In this document: piece by piece, positions 8,256 through 17,850 of the stretch
Numbering within the stretch: position 1 is the stretch's first letter
Layout: the number at the start of each line of letters is the position of its first letter
Virus record (IMG/VR): IMGVR_UViG_3300037483_000246
Location: 1 to 51,702 of that record
Strand: one strand, 5' to 3'
Source of the DNA: a virus
Lineage: Duplodnaviria; Caudoviricetes
DNA length: 51,702 nucleotides
Notes under the pieces: model-generated
Told to the model about the DNA's origin: nothing
Databases searched by the model: none
What the model saw: only the letters and a program-made list of their open reading frames with translations
Position numbers and translations under genes: made by a program

Positions 8256-8945
8256 ATGGCAGCCAAACCGAAAGTCAACTACACCCTACTTGAAGCCGAC
8301 TGGAAAGCCGGCTTGAAGTCTACGCGCCAAATGGCTGCCGACTACGAGATTCTGACTGGCGACTCGGTTACCCACGCAGCGATTGCAAAGCACTTTGAAG
8401 ACGTGCCCCGCGACAAGCAAGCGCGCATCCGTGCACGCATCGAAGAGATGGTTTCCACTTCGGCGATTGACGCCATGGTAGCCGCCGACAAGGTTTCCAA
8501 GGTCGCCGACGAGGCCATCATCGAGGCCGCTGCTCAAAAGGGCACAGAAATTATTCTTGCTCACCAGAAAGAGATCACCCGTTACCGCACGCTGGCTCAG
8601 AAACTGCTCGCCGAGATCGAGACGACAAGCGACAACCTCGAACTGTTCGACACTCTGGGCGAATGCCTGCGCAGCGAGAACGAGCGAGGCGTGGACAAGC
8701 TGAACGACGCCTACAAGAAAGTGATCGACCTGCCTGGACGAGTGGACAGCTTCAAGAAGCTGGCCGAAGTCCTGAAGGTTCTGATCGGGCTGGAGCGCCA
8801 AGCGTTCGGCATGGCTGACAATCCCGATGGCGGGAAGAACGCACCTCCTGCGCCAGCGCCCCAAGGTGGCACCAGCGATGTGAACGACGCCGCGCGTCGC
8901 ATCGCTTTCCTGTTCATGTCGGCAACCCACACCAAGGAGAAGTAG
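8256..8945 (+). CDS. terS: terminase small subunit
   Basis: N-terminal HTH (ADWKAG..STRQMA), helical body, LIGLERQAFG C-terminal motif; first large late gene. Confidence 0.75.
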   Translation: MAAKPKVNYTLLEADWKAGLKSTRQMAADYEILTGDSVTHAAIAKHFEDVPRDKQARIRARIEEMVSTSAIDAMVAADKVSKVADEAIIEAAAQKGTEIILAHQKEITRYRTLAQKLLAEIETTSDNLELFDTLGECLRSENERGVDKLNDAYKKVIDLPGRVDSFKKLAEVLKVLIGLERQAFGMADNPDGGKNAPPAPAPQGGTSDVNDAARRIAFLFMSATHTKEK

Positions 8946-8948
8946 ATC

Positions 8949-9278
8949 ATGCCTTCTGTCAAACAAGCGAACGAGTCCTACGAGTACGGGGGCCACGACT
9001 ACGAAACAGTAGCCGTAAGCCAGGCGGATCAGGTACTGGGCGGCGCAGGGGCGAAGGGGGACTTCCTCACCCGCCTCATTATCGAGACGATCACACCGGC
9101 CACCGCCAGCGTCACGCTGACCGATGGCGCCACGACCATCGTTATCCAGACGGCTAACGCTGCGCTGGCCGTGGGGCCGCGAGTGGTAGATATCGGTGCC
9201 AGGGCGGTAACCGGCCCGTGGAAGATCACCACCGGCGCCGGCGCCGCTGTCATCGCTGTCGGACAGTTCTCGGCATAG
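8949..9278 (+). CDS. hypothetical virion-associated beta-rich protein
   Basis: AAGGAG RBS; Ala/Thr/Gly/Val-rich. Confidence 0.7.
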   Translation: MPSVKQANESYEYGGHDYETVAVSQADQVLGGAGAKGDFLTRLIIETITPATASVTLTDGATTIVIQTANAALAVGPRVVDIGARAVTGPWKITTGAGAAVIAVGQFSA

Positions 9279-9295
9279 TGTCGGGAGTATTTGAC

Positions 9296-9511
9296 ATGAA
9301 GACCGTGACGACATACCGCAACGCGGGCCGCACGAAGATCAGCGACGGCGCGATGCTTTGGATTCTCTTCGCCTTCGTGGCGTACCCTGTCGAGGCCGTG
9401 CGCTTTCAAGTGTCGGCCATCCGTTATGAGGGCCTGAGTGTGGGCGACTCCTTCACGGAGATATGGCCTTGGTTGTGGCGCGGCAACGTCATGGCGTGGG
9501 AGAGCCTGTGA
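9296..9511 (+). CDS. hypothetical membrane protein
   Basis: GGAG RBS, hydrophobic segment. Confidence 0.55.
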   Translation: MKTVTTYRNAGRTKISDGAMLWILFAFVAYPVEAVRFQVSAIRYEGLSVGDSFTEIWPWLWRGNVMAWESL

Positions 9512-9778
9512 TGCTTGACGACGTGGTGATCGCAGTGTGGGCCGCCCCGATGCGCACCACGGGCTTCGTTATGGTGCAGAGCGCCAAGGTGCTCGCCGCC
9601 GCAGCGAACGATGAATGAAGGGGGGTGATCGCGATGGACCACGAGAAGCACAAGGGCAAGTGCCCTGGCAAGGGTTACCCCATGCTGAAGCGTAAGAAGT
9701 AGCACCTCCGCCGGGTAGGACCACCCGGTAAGCAATCCGGTCCTTGTGGCCGGGCATAACAAGCAAAGGAGAATCACC

Positions 9779-10237
9779 ATGGCTGCAACCGCAACTATCC
9801 TCACCTCGCTGCACGGCAAGCTGATCGGCCTGTCGAAGGCTTTCAAACTCGTCGTCGGTGGCCGCACCGCACTGTGCTACAACGACACTGGCCGCGCAAT
9901 CGGTCTGCAAGGTTCCCAAGGCAGCTTGAACGCCACTGGTGCCCTGACCGCTGCGCTGCTGAAGACGGGTATCGTCAACTCCACCACTGCAGCCGCCGTC
10001 GTGGCCACCCTCGACACCGGCACAGCGATGGACACCTCGTTCGCGTCCCCTGACAACCTGCTGGTGAATGAGGCCTTCGAATGGTCCGCGATTAACACGG
10101 GCGCAAACACCTTCACCGTCACCGCCGCAGCGACGCATACTGTTGTGGGTTCTGGCGTTGTCGCCGCAGGCACTTCGGCTCGCTTCTTGACTCGCAAGAC
10201 CGCGGCCAACACCTACGTGACGTACCGCTTGGCGTAA
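9779..10237 (+). CDS. putative head decoration / structural protein
   Basis: AAGGAG RBS; Thr/Ala-rich beta composition; followed by a UUCG hairpin. Confidence 0.75.
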   Translation: MAATATILTSLHGKLIGLSKAFKLVVGGRTALCYNDTGRAIGLQGSQGSLNATGALTAALLKTGIVNSTTAAAVVATLDTGTAMDTSFASPDNLLVNEAFEWSAINTGANTFTVTAAATHTVVGSGVVAAGTSARFLTRKTAANTYVTYRLA

Positions 10238-10241
10238 CACT

Positions 10242-10302
10242 TTGGCCCTCTTCGGAGGGCCAAGTTATTATCTACTGAGAATATCGGTAGATAATAACTT
10301 GG
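10242..10302 (+). promoter_or_regulatory. UUCG hairpin followed by a 19-bp AT-rich inverted repeat overlapping the next RBS
   Basis: TTGGCCCTC-TTCG-GAGGGCCAA then CCAAGTTATTATCTACTGA-GAATA-TCGGTAGATAATAACTTGG. Confidence 0.8.
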
Positions 10303-10315
10303 AGGAGGTAACCCT

Positions 10316-11092
10316 GTGATCGCATCGAAGCGCAACATGCTGGTCGCCAGCTATGAGCAGGACTATCTGCTTGCAGTAGCGCGCGGGGCTGTACCGGGCG
10401 CCGAACCGTTTGGCGGGTTCGGTGAACGTGTGACCATTGGCGTGGTGGTGAACGGGCTGATCTGGCCCAACGGGGTGCTGTACATTCCAGGGATCGCCGG
10501 CGTGCAGCCGTCTATCGTATCAACCTCAATCAACGACACAGCAGCGGGCACAGGCATCCGCACCGTCGAAGTACACTACCTGGACATGAACCTCGACCCC
10601 CAGACGGAGATCGTCACCCTCAACGGCACGACGCCTGTGCTCATGGTGGCGACCGACGTGCGCTTCATCCAGTGCTTGCATGCTTTCACCGTCGGCTCGG
10701 GCGGATACTCGGCAGGGACCATCACCGCGTCGTTCGCAGGCAGCACGCTGTCGGAGATCGGCATTTCCGATCTGCGCTGCAGGTCTACCGCGAGAATGGT
10801 CCCTCGCGGCAAGTACGCATTCATCGCTGCCGGCATCGGTGGCGCTGTGAGTGGCACCGCAGCCTCGCAGGTGCACATCGAACTGGTGGCGACTGAACTG
10901 GATGCCCACCAATTCACCCAGCAGGGGCTGTTCTTCCCCCACGGCGAGGTGGCGATGCAAGACAGCAGCGAGGGCATGGCCTTCCCCATCCCGCTGCGAT
11001 TCAGTGAAGGCACGATCATTGCCATGACCTTCACCTGCGACAAGGCCGCGCTGGTGACGGGCACTTACTTCGGCTGGACGGAGGACGTATGA
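10316..11092 (+). CDS. putative virion structural protein
   Basis: GGAGGAGG RBS; GTGIRTV...YLD...EIVTLNGTTPV pattern I associate with phage structural proteins. Confidence 0.75.
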   Translation: MIASKRNMLVASYEQDYLLAVARGAVPGAEPFGGFGERVTIGVVVNGLIWPNGVLYIPGIAGVQPSIVSTSINDTAAGTGIRTVEVHYLDMNLDPQTEIVTLNGTTPVLMVATDVRFIQCLHAFTVGSGGYSAGTITASFAGSTLSEIGISDLRCRSTARMVPRGKYAFIAAGIGGAVSGTAASQVHIELVATELDAHQFTQQGLFFPHGEVAMQDSSEGMAFPIPLRFSEGTIIAMTFTCDKAALVTGTYFGWTEDV

Positions 11093-11484
11093 GCACGCTG
11101 ATCCTGATCGCCGAGGCGGTGACTGCGTGGGCCGCGCTCAGCGTGTTCTTGCTCTATTCGACATGGGTGCACTTCGCCGCAGTCATGCGCATGCGCGCGC
11201 TGCGCGATTCGGGCGGGATCGACAAGGACAAGGATCGAATGCTCTGGGTGTGCGGCAACATCATGCTGGCTATCGGGCTGGCCCTCGACGTGCTGCTGAA
11301 TGTTGTGGTGGGCACCGTGGTGATGCTGGAACTGCCGCGCGAGTGGCTGACGACAACCCGGCTGAGCCGGTGGAACAGATCGAGGGGCACAAGCTGGTGG
11401 ACGCGCAACGTGCGCAAGCCGATGGTGAACTTGGGCAAGGTGCTGCTGGACAAGGTAGACACCGACGGCGTGCACATTCAGTGA
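11089..11484 (+). CDS. membrane protein
   Basis: Two hydrophobic helices; GGAGG RBS; ATGA overlap. Confidence 0.75.
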   Translation: MSTLILIAEAVTAWAALSVFLLYSTWVHFAAVMRMRALRDSGGIDKDKDRMLWVCGNIMLAIGLALDVLLNVVVGTVVMLELPREWLTTTRLSRWNRSRGTSWWTRNVRKPMVNLGKVLLDKVDTDGVHIQ

Positions 11485-11493
11485 GGAGACAAG

Positions 11494-11922
11494 ATGACCA
11501 CAATAGCCTATGACGGCAAGACCCTCGTGACGGACTCGCGGATCGTATCAGGCAGCACTGTCTTCGGCACGGCCACGAAGATTTTCAAGCTGAAAGATGG
11601 CAGCTATGTGGCCTTTTGTGGCCGGGCGTCACTCTGGCCCGAGGTGATCGAGTGGCTGAATGGGGGTGACAAGCCCGTGATCGTAGATAGGGAACTGGAC
11701 TCGGTCTCGGCGCTGGTCGTGGACAAGAAGGGTCGAGCGTTCGAGATTGACGACGACCTGCGCCCGTTCCCCGCCTGCGTGCCGTGGGCTGGTGGTAGTG
11801 GCCAACCCTTCGCACTGGCGGCGCTGGCGCTCGGGCACACTGCAGAGGAAGCGGTAGAGGTAACGTGCAAGCTCGACACCGCATCGGGCCTGCCCATCCA
11901 GAAAGTGACGATATGCAAGTAG
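11494..11922 (+). CDS. Ntn-hydrolase (HslV/proteasome beta-like) peptidase
   Basis: M-TTIA start (N-terminal Thr nucleophile), DSR, KI, GSG..ALAAL..G..AEEAV...D..SG. Confidence 0.8.
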   Translation: MTTIAYDGKTLVTDSRIVSGSTVFGTATKIFKLKDGSYVAFCGRASLWPEVIEWLNGGDKPVIVDRELDSVSALVVDKKGRAFEIDDDLRPFPACVPWAGGSGQPFALAALALGHTAEEAVEVTCKLDTASGLPIQKVTICK

Positions 11923-13478
11923 ACGACATCATCGCCAAGTTGACTGCGATGCCCGAGGCTGCGCAGCGCGAGGCATGCGCGCAGGCGCTCGAAGCGACGA
12001 AGGACATGATCTTCATACCTTCGCCAGGGCCGCAGTTCGAGGCCTACGTGAGCGAGGCTGACGTGCTGCTGTTCGGTGGATCGCCGGGCGGTGGCAAGAC
12101 CGCGCTCGAAGTCGGCCTGGCGCTGAACCAGCACCACCGCTCGCTGGTCGTGCGGAAGAACTTCGTGGACCTCACCGGCGTGCTGCACACGCTCGACAAC
12201 ATCTTGGGCCAGGAACAGTCTGCGGTAGGGGGCAACCGCCCCGTGTACCGGAAGCCCCAAGGCGGCGTGATCGAGTTCATGGGCCTGGGCGAGAACATTG
12301 ACTCGAAGCAGGGCAACCCGCACGACCTGATCTGCGTGGATGAGGCTGCGCAAGTGCCCGAGAAGCAGGTGCGGATGCTGATCGGCTGGCTGCGTACCGA
12401 CAAGCCAGGACAACGCTGCCGGATGGTTCTCGGCAGCAACCCGCCGTTGAACTCTACTGGCGACTGGCTGATTACCTACTTCGCCCCATGGCTCGACCCA
12501 CACTATCCGAACCCCGCGCAAGGGGGCGAACTCCGCTACTTCTTGCCCGATCCCGAGGGCGGCGACGACAAGGAGTGCGGAAAGGACGACTTCGTGATGA
12601 TGCACGGCGTCAAGGTGCCGGCTCTGAGCCGCACGTACATCTCCTCAAAGTTCACCGATAACCCCTACTACGACAAAGAGCAGTACGCGAAGTCCCTTGC
12701 CGGCTTGCCGAAGGAGATGCGCGATGTCCTGGTGTCGGGCAACTTCCTGACAGACAGATCGGACGACGCCTTCCAGCTGATCCCGACCGCGTGGATCAAG
12801 GAGGCCCAAGCCCGGTGGACTGCCACGGTCCCGCCCGGCGTGCCGCTGTGCGCTATCGGCGCCGACGTAGCCCAAGGTGGCAACGACCGATCTGTCCTGG
12901 CCAAGAGGTACGACGGATACTATGCAAGGCTGGAAGTCAAGCCCGGCAAGGAAACCCCCGACGGGAAGGTCTACGGGGGCTGGGTTATCGCTCACCGGCG
13001 TGACAACGCGAAGGTCGTCATTGACATAGGCGGAGGCTGGGGCGGTGACGCCTACGCCCACCTGCGCGAGAACGGGGTAGACGCGGTAGGTTACATGGGC
13101 GTGAAGACTACACCGGCCAAGACGGTAGACAACCTGCTCGGGTTCGAGAACGTGAGGACGATGGCCTACTGGCGTTTCCGTGAAGCGCTCGACCCGTCTC
13201 AGCCAGGCGGATCACGGATCGCGCTGCCTCCTGATCCCGAGATGGTGGCCGACCTGTGCGCTGTTGGGTACGAGATCATCAAGAGGGCGGACAAGGGCGG
13301 CAAGATAAAAGCCGAGTCGAAGGAGGACGTTTGTGCTAAACTTGCGCGCAGCACCGATAAGGGTGACGCCGTGGTAATGGCGTGGGCGGATGGCCTGAAG
13401 CAGTCGAGCATGCTTGGCGGCGACTGGTCGGCGCGCAAGCCGGTACCGCAGGTTATCGTGAGAAGGAGAAGGACATGA
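11913..13478 (+). CDS. terL: terminase large subunit
   Basis: PSPGPQ, Walker A GGSPGGGKT, Walker B ICVDEA, SNPP, nuclease GADVA..G.D and DKGDA. Confidence 0.95.
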   Translation: MQVDDIIAKLTAMPEAAQREACAQALEATKDMIFIPSPGPQFEAYVSEADVLLFGGSPGGGKTALEVGLALNQHHRSLVVRKNFVDLTGVLHTLDNILGQEQSAVGGNRPVYRKPQGGVIEFMGLGENIDSKQGNPHDLICVDEAAQVPEKQVRMLIGWLRTDKPGQRCRMVLGSNPPLNSTGDWLITYFAPWLDPHYPNPAQGGELRYFLPDPEGGDDKECGKDDFVMMHGVKVPALSRTYISSKFTDNPYYDKEQYAKSLAGLPKEMRDVLVSGNFLTDRSDDAFQLIPTAWIKEAQARWTATVPPGVPLCAIGADVAQGGNDRSVLAKRYDGYYARLEVKPGKETPDGKVYGGWVIAHRRDNAKVVIDIGGGWGGDAYAHLRENGVDAVGYMGVKTTPAKTVDNLLGFENVRTMAYWRFREALDPSQPGGSRIALPPDPEMVADLCAVGYEIIKRADKGGKIKAESKEDVCAKLARSTDKGDAVVMAWADGLKQSSMLGGDWSARKPVPQVIVRRRRT

Positions 13479-13795
13479 GCGGATTAGGGGGTTCTGTCAG
13501 CAGACAATATGACCGCGCCGGAGGGCTGGGCGGCGTCATCTCACCGGAGTACGGCACACTCAACGTGATGCAAGAAGGCATTGGCGCGATCCGTAGCGCA
13601 GGCGACGATGCGCCCGCCCCCGCTCCCGCTCCGGTGACGATGCCTACCATCGACTCCGAGACGATCCGGCGCGCAAGGCTGCGCGCGATGCGACGGATGG
13701 TGGCTCAGAACCAAGGACGCGAAAGTACGATCCTGGGCGGGGCGAACAATAACCTGGGCGGAACGAACAACCCCGCGCCAGCAACAGGGAGCTAA
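13475..13795 (+). CDS. small virion protein upstream of the portal
   Basis: ATGA overlap; Pro-rich linker and GRESTIL motif typical of podovirus pre-portal genes. Confidence 0.7.
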   Translation: MSGLGGSVSRQYDRAGGLGGVISPEYGTLNVMQEGIGAIRSAGDDAPAPAPAPVTMPTIDSETIRRARLRAMRRMVAQNQGRESTILGGANNNLGGTNNPAPATGS

Positions 13796-13798
13796 GCC

Positions 13799-15454
13799 AT
13801 GGCCTCCGATCTCGAACAACTCCTCAAGCAAAGCGAGCAGCTATTCAGCAAGCGCTCGTCGCTGCTGTCCTTGTGGCAAACCATCGCAGACAACTTCTAC
13901 CCCGAGCGCGCGGACTTCACGACGGTGCGCAACATGGGCGAGGAGTTCGCCTCGAACCTCTACACCAGTTACCCGATCCTTGCGCGCCGCGATCTGGGCA
14001 ACGCCATCGGCTCCATGCTGCGCCCGAGCAGCAAGAAGTGGTTCCATGTCCGCACCAGCAACTACGACAAACTGGACCAGACCAGCAAGGCCTGGCTGGA
14101 GATGGCAGGGGATCGCATGCGCCGCGCGATGCACAACCGGAAGACGCAGTTCGCACGAGCCACGAAAGAAGCCGACCACGACTTCTCGGCCTTCGGGCAG
14201 AACGTGCTGCAGGTATCTCCGAACAAGGACGCCAGTGGCATGCTGTACCGCTGCTGGCACCTGCGCGACTGCGCATGGGTGGAGAACGCCGACGGCATCG
14301 CGGACACCGTGTTCCGCAGGTGGAAGCTCACCGCCATCGAGCTAAAGGAACTCTTCCCGAGCACGATCCACCGCGACGTTGCGCAGTGCGTGGCGAAGGA
14401 GCCGTACAAGGAGTTCAACGTGCAGCACTGCATCCTCCCGGCGGAGCACTACGTCGGGGAGAAGAAGTGGAATACGCCTTACGTCTCCGTCTTCTTCGAC
14501 GTAGACAACAAGCACCTGCTGGAAGAACGTGGCCTGCTAACGCAGGAGTATGTGATCGCTCGGTGGAGTACCGTCTCCGGCAGCCAGTACGCCTACTCGC
14601 CTGCGACCGTGGCGGCGCTGCCCGACTCGCGCCTGATCCAGGCCATGACGCGCACTCTGCTGGAAGCCGGCGAGAAGGCGGTCACCCCGCCGATGATCGC
14701 GGTGCAGGAAGCTCTGCGGGGCGACATCTCGCTCTACGCCGGCGGTGTGAACTGGGTGGATGCTGCCTACGACGAACGCCTCGGCGAGGTACTGCGCCCG
14801 CTCACCCAAGACCAGCGGGGCCTGCCGAATGGCCTGAACATGCAAGGCGAAATTCGCGCGATGATCGCGGAGGCGTTCTTCCTGAACAAGCTGGCCTTGC
14901 CGCCGCCTGGCCAGGATATGACCGCATTCGAGGTAGGCCAGCGCGTGCAAGAGTACATTCGGCAGGCGCTGCCCCTGTTCGAGCCGATGGAATCGGAGTA
15001 CAATCATCCGCTCTGCGACAAGACGTTCGACATAATGATGCGCAGGGGCGCCTTCGGTTCGCACTTCGACATCCCCGAGGGGGTGCGTGGCGCCGAGGTC
15101 GAGTTCTCGTTCGAGTCGCCGCTGCACGATGCGGTAGAGCGCGAGAAGGGCCAGCGATTCTTGGAGGCCAACAGCATGCTGGCTCAGGCCGTGCAGCTGG
15201 ACCCGACGGCGGCCGACATCCTCGACTCTTCGACTGCCCTGCGCGATGTGCTCGAAGGCATCGGCGTTCCGGCCAAGTGGACCCGCAGCGAAAGCGTGGT
15301 GGCGAATATGGCCAACAAGCGCATGCAGGATCAGCGCACGGCGGAGATGCTGGCGCAGATGCAAGCCGGCGCCGACGTAGCGAAGACCTTGGGCGAGGCT
15401 GGAAAGATCGCACCGCCGGGGGCACTGGAAGGTGCCGCCGCCGCGCTGAGATAA
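13799..15454 (+). CDS. portal (head-tail connector) protein
   Basis: 551 aa; RW....YAYSP..ALPD, PPM, MTAFEV..R..E motifs of T7/BPP-1-type connectors. Confidence 0.93.
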   Translation: MASDLEQLLKQSEQLFSKRSSLLSLWQTIADNFYPERADFTTVRNMGEEFASNLYTSYPILARRDLGNAIGSMLRPSSKKWFHVRTSNYDKLDQTSKAWLEMAGDRMRRAMHNRKTQFARATKEADHDFSAFGQNVLQVSPNKDASGMLYRCWHLRDCAWVENADGIADTVFRRWKLTAIELKELFPSTIHRDVAQCVAKEPYKEFNVQHCILPAEHYVGEKKWNTPYVSVFFDVDNKHLLEERGLLTQEYVIARWSTVSGSQYAYSPATVAALPDSRLIQAMTRTLLEAGEKAVTPPMIAVQEALRGDISLYAGGVNWVDAAYDERLGEVLRPLTQDQRGLPNGLNMQGEIRAMIAEAFFLNKLALPPPGQDMTAFEVGQRVQEYIRQALPLFEPMESEYNHPLCDKTFDIMMRRGAFGSHFDIPEGVRGAEVEFSFESPLHDAVEREKGQRFLEANSMLAQAVQLDPTAADILDSSTALRDVLEGIGVPAKWTRSESVVANMANKRMQDQRTAEMLAQMQAGADVAKTLGEAGKIAPPGALEGAAAALR

Positions 15455-15464
15455 GGAGCACTGG

Positions 15465-15740
15465 ATGACCAAGAAAATCGAGTACCCGGCGGCAGTAGAG
15501 CCTGCGAAGTGGAACAAGGCAGACGCCGCCGCGCTGCAGGCTCTGGCGCAGGGCGTGGCGTCCGCAGATCAGCAGCAGCGCGCGCTGAACTGGATCGTCT
15601 ACGAAGCCTGCGGCACCTACGAGGAGGACTATCGCCCTGACCCCAGGGACCACGCCTTCGTTTCCGGCAAGCGTCGCGTAGGCCTCCAGATTCTCACCCT
15701 GATTAAGGTCAAGCTGGGTGTCCTGCCCGACAACAATTGA
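15465..15740 (+). CDS. Bbp19-like small protein
   Basis: HAFVSGKRRVGLQIL motif; between portal and scaffold. Confidence 0.7.
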   Translation: MTKKIEYPAAVEPAKWNKADAAALQALAQGVASADQQQRALNWIVYEACGTYEEDYRPDPRDHAFVSGKRRVGLQILTLIKVKLGVLPDNN

Positions 15741-15767
15741 TTTTTCAACCCGTGAAGGAGAAGCACC

Positions 15768-16739
15768 ATGGCTGACGAAACCCCGGTTCCCGGCACGTCT
15801 ACACCCGCTGCACCCGCTGCACCTGCTGCACCTGCTGCACCTGCTGCACCTGCACCTGCTGCACCTGCACCTGCACCCGCTGCACCTGCACCCGCTGCAC
15901 CTGCACCTGCTGCACCTGCTGCACCTGCTGCACCTGCCGATCCTGCCCCGAAGGACTGGGCGGCCATCCGCACCGAGATCGCTGGCGAGGATGATAAGCT
16001 GCTGAAGCGTCTGTCCCGTTACAGTTCCGTTAAGGACGTGACCGACGCGCTGATCGCGGCGCAGAACAAGATCGCCAGTGGCACGCTGAAGTCTGCCCTC
16101 CCGACGGACCCGACACCCGAGCAGTTGGCCGAGTGGCGCGAGGAGAACGGCATCCCCGCGTCTGCCGACAAGTACGACACCACGCTGCCCGACGGCATGG
16201 TGGTGGGCGAGTTCGACAAGCCGGTAGTAGACGGATTCGCCAAGACAGCGCACGAGTTGAACCTCACACCGGCTCAGGTAAAGAGCACCCTGGCGTGGTA
16301 CTTCAAGCAGCAGGAGGCCCAGGTCACCGAGTTGCGCCAAGCCGATGCCGCGTTCACGAACGAGTCCAACGAGAAGATGCGGGAGGAGTGGGGCAGCGAG
16401 TACAAGCTGAACATGAACCTGATCGACGGCTTGCTCACGCAGATTCCTGAAGATGGCAAGGCGCTCATCATGGGCGCCCGGCTGGCTGACGGTACGCCTC
16501 TCGGCAGCAATCCGAAAATCCAGCGCTGGCTCGCCAATCTGGCGCGCGAGGTGAACCCCACGGCCACCGTCGTTCCGGGTTCGGGCACCAACGCCGCCCA
16601 GGCCATCGAGACTGAGATCGCCAACATCTCGAAGCTCATGGGGGACCGCAACTCCGAATACTGGAAGGGTCCGAATGCCGAGAAGATGCAGTCCCGGTAT
16701 CGCGAGTTGGTGGACGTGCAAGAAAAGTTGAAAAAGTAG
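15768..16739 (+). CDS. capsid scaffolding/assembly protein
   Basis: Acidic helical protein immediately before the capsid gene; Pro-Ala N-terminus. Confidence 0.85.
   Translation: MADETPVPGTSTPAAPAAPAAPAAPAAPAPAAPAPAPAAPAPAAPAPAAPAAPAAPADPAPKDWAAIRTEIAGEDDKLLKRLSRYSSVKDVTDALIAAQNKIASGTLKSALPTDPTPEQLAEWREENGIPASADKYDTTLPDGMVVGEFDKPVVDGFAKTAHELNLTPAQVKSTLAWYFKQQEAQVTELRQADAAFTNESNEKMREEWGSEYKLNMNLIDGLLTQIPEDGKALIMGARLADGTPLGSNPKIQRWLANLAREVNPTATVVPGSGTNAAQAIETEIANISKLMGDRNSEYWKGPNAEKMQSRYRELVDVQEKLKK
15803..15940 (+). repeat. CCTGCTGCA/CCTGCA low-complexity repeat encoding (PAA/PA)n
   Basis: Read directly. Confidence 0.95.
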
Positions 16740-16768
16740 TTGACAGGGCCGTTCGATTCGAATAGCTT
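16740..16768 (+). promoter_or_regulatory. sigma70-type capsid promoter
   Basis: TTGACA-17nt-TAGCTT. Confidence 0.65.
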
Positions 16769-16785
16769 TGGCGTTATTGGTAGAG

Positions 16786-16915
16786 GAAGGAAACGTCGCT
16801 GATCCTGAGTCAGGCGGACGCTTCCTTCCGAAGCCACCCGACAAGTAAGGCCCCGTTGGCCTAGTTGCTGATCCGAAAGGGCACCCAGCGACGACAGCAC
16901 GATGGATACCCCAAG
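16786..16915 (+). ncRNA. structured capsid 5' leader
   Basis: GGAAGGAA/TTCCTTCC hairpin; GTTGCTG/CAGCGAC stem capped by TCC-GAAA-GGG. Confidence 0.5.
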
Positions 16916-16963
16916 CTGCGGATGAAAGAAACTTTTTGTCTTCAACATTGAGGAGAACCCATC

Positions 16964-17794
16964 ATGTCCGACCACGCATACCAAACGCAATACCGCCAGG
17001 AGTTCATCGCTGGCTTCGAGCAGCGTCAATCGCTGGCTCGTCAAACCGTCACCACTGAAGTCGAGATTAAGGGCAACACCGCGACCTTCCTGGTAGCTGA
17101 CTCCGGCTCTGCCGAAGCGGTCACCCGCGGCCTGAACGGCCTGATCCCCGGTCGCGCTGACAACCTGACCCAAAGCTCCGCCACTCTGGTCGAGTGGCAC
17201 GACAAGCCGATCCGCACCGGCTTCAACCTGTTCGCGTCGCAAGGCGATGGCCGCCGCATCATGCAGGAAACGTCGATGGCTGTTATGAATCGCAAGGTCG
17301 ATTCCGACATCATCACCACCCTGAACACCGGCACCCAAGACACCGGCACGGCCGTCACCGCCAGCCTGTCTCTGGCGCTGTATGCGAAGACCATCCTGGG
17401 CAACAACGCAGTGCCGTTCGACGGCAACGTGTCCGCGCTGATTACCCCGGCTTTCGAGGCGTACCTCATGCAAGTCAAGGAGTTCGCCTCCGCCGACTAC
17501 GTGAACAACAAGCCCTTCGAAGGCAACCTGACCATGTTCCGTTGGGCTGGTGTGAACTGGATCGTTCACCCGAACTTGCCGGGCAAGGGCACCAGCGCCG
17601 AGAAGTGCTTCATGTACCACAAGAGCGCCGTCGGCCACGCGATCAACACGGGCGGCATCACCACCAACGCAGACTACAACAAGGAGCACGACTACTCCTT
17701 CTGCCTGGTGAGCGCCTACATGGGTTCCGCTCTGCTGCAAAACAGCGGTGTGGTCGTTATCAACCACGACGGCTCTGCCTTCGCAGCGCAGTAA
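16964..17794 (+). CDS. major capsid protein
   Basis: 276 aa; QY..EF..FEQ..S..R, AVMNRKVD.DII, AVGHA motifs; strong RBS and codon bias; follows scaffold. Confidence 0.9.
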   Translation: MSDHAYQTQYRQEFIAGFEQRQSLARQTVTTEVEIKGNTATFLVADSGSAEAVTRGLNGLIPGRADNLTQSSATLVEWHDKPIRTGFNLFASQGDGRRIMQETSMAVMNRKVDSDIITTLNTGTQDTGTAVTASLSLALYAKTILGNNAVPFDGNVSALITPAFEAYLMQVKEFASADYVNNKPFEGNLTMFRWAGVNWIVHPNLPGKGTSAEKCFMYHKSAVGHAINTGGITTNADYNKEHDYSFCLVSAYMGSALLQNSGVVVINHDGSAFAAQ

Positions 17795-17800
17795 TCGGTA

Positions 17801-17820
17801 GCCCACCCTTCGGGGTGGGC
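17801..17820 (+). terminator. GC hairpin with cUUCGg loop after the capsid gene (terminator or stabiliser)
   Basis: GCCCACCC-TTCG-GGGTGGGC; no adjacent U-tract. Confidence 0.6.
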
Positions 17821-17850
17821 GATCAAACACTTTAAGAGAGGAGAGTCACC

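Noticed and set aside
10260-10302. Protelomerase (telRL) site
   Set aside because: Interrupted centre, located inside the late operon, and no protelomerase gene
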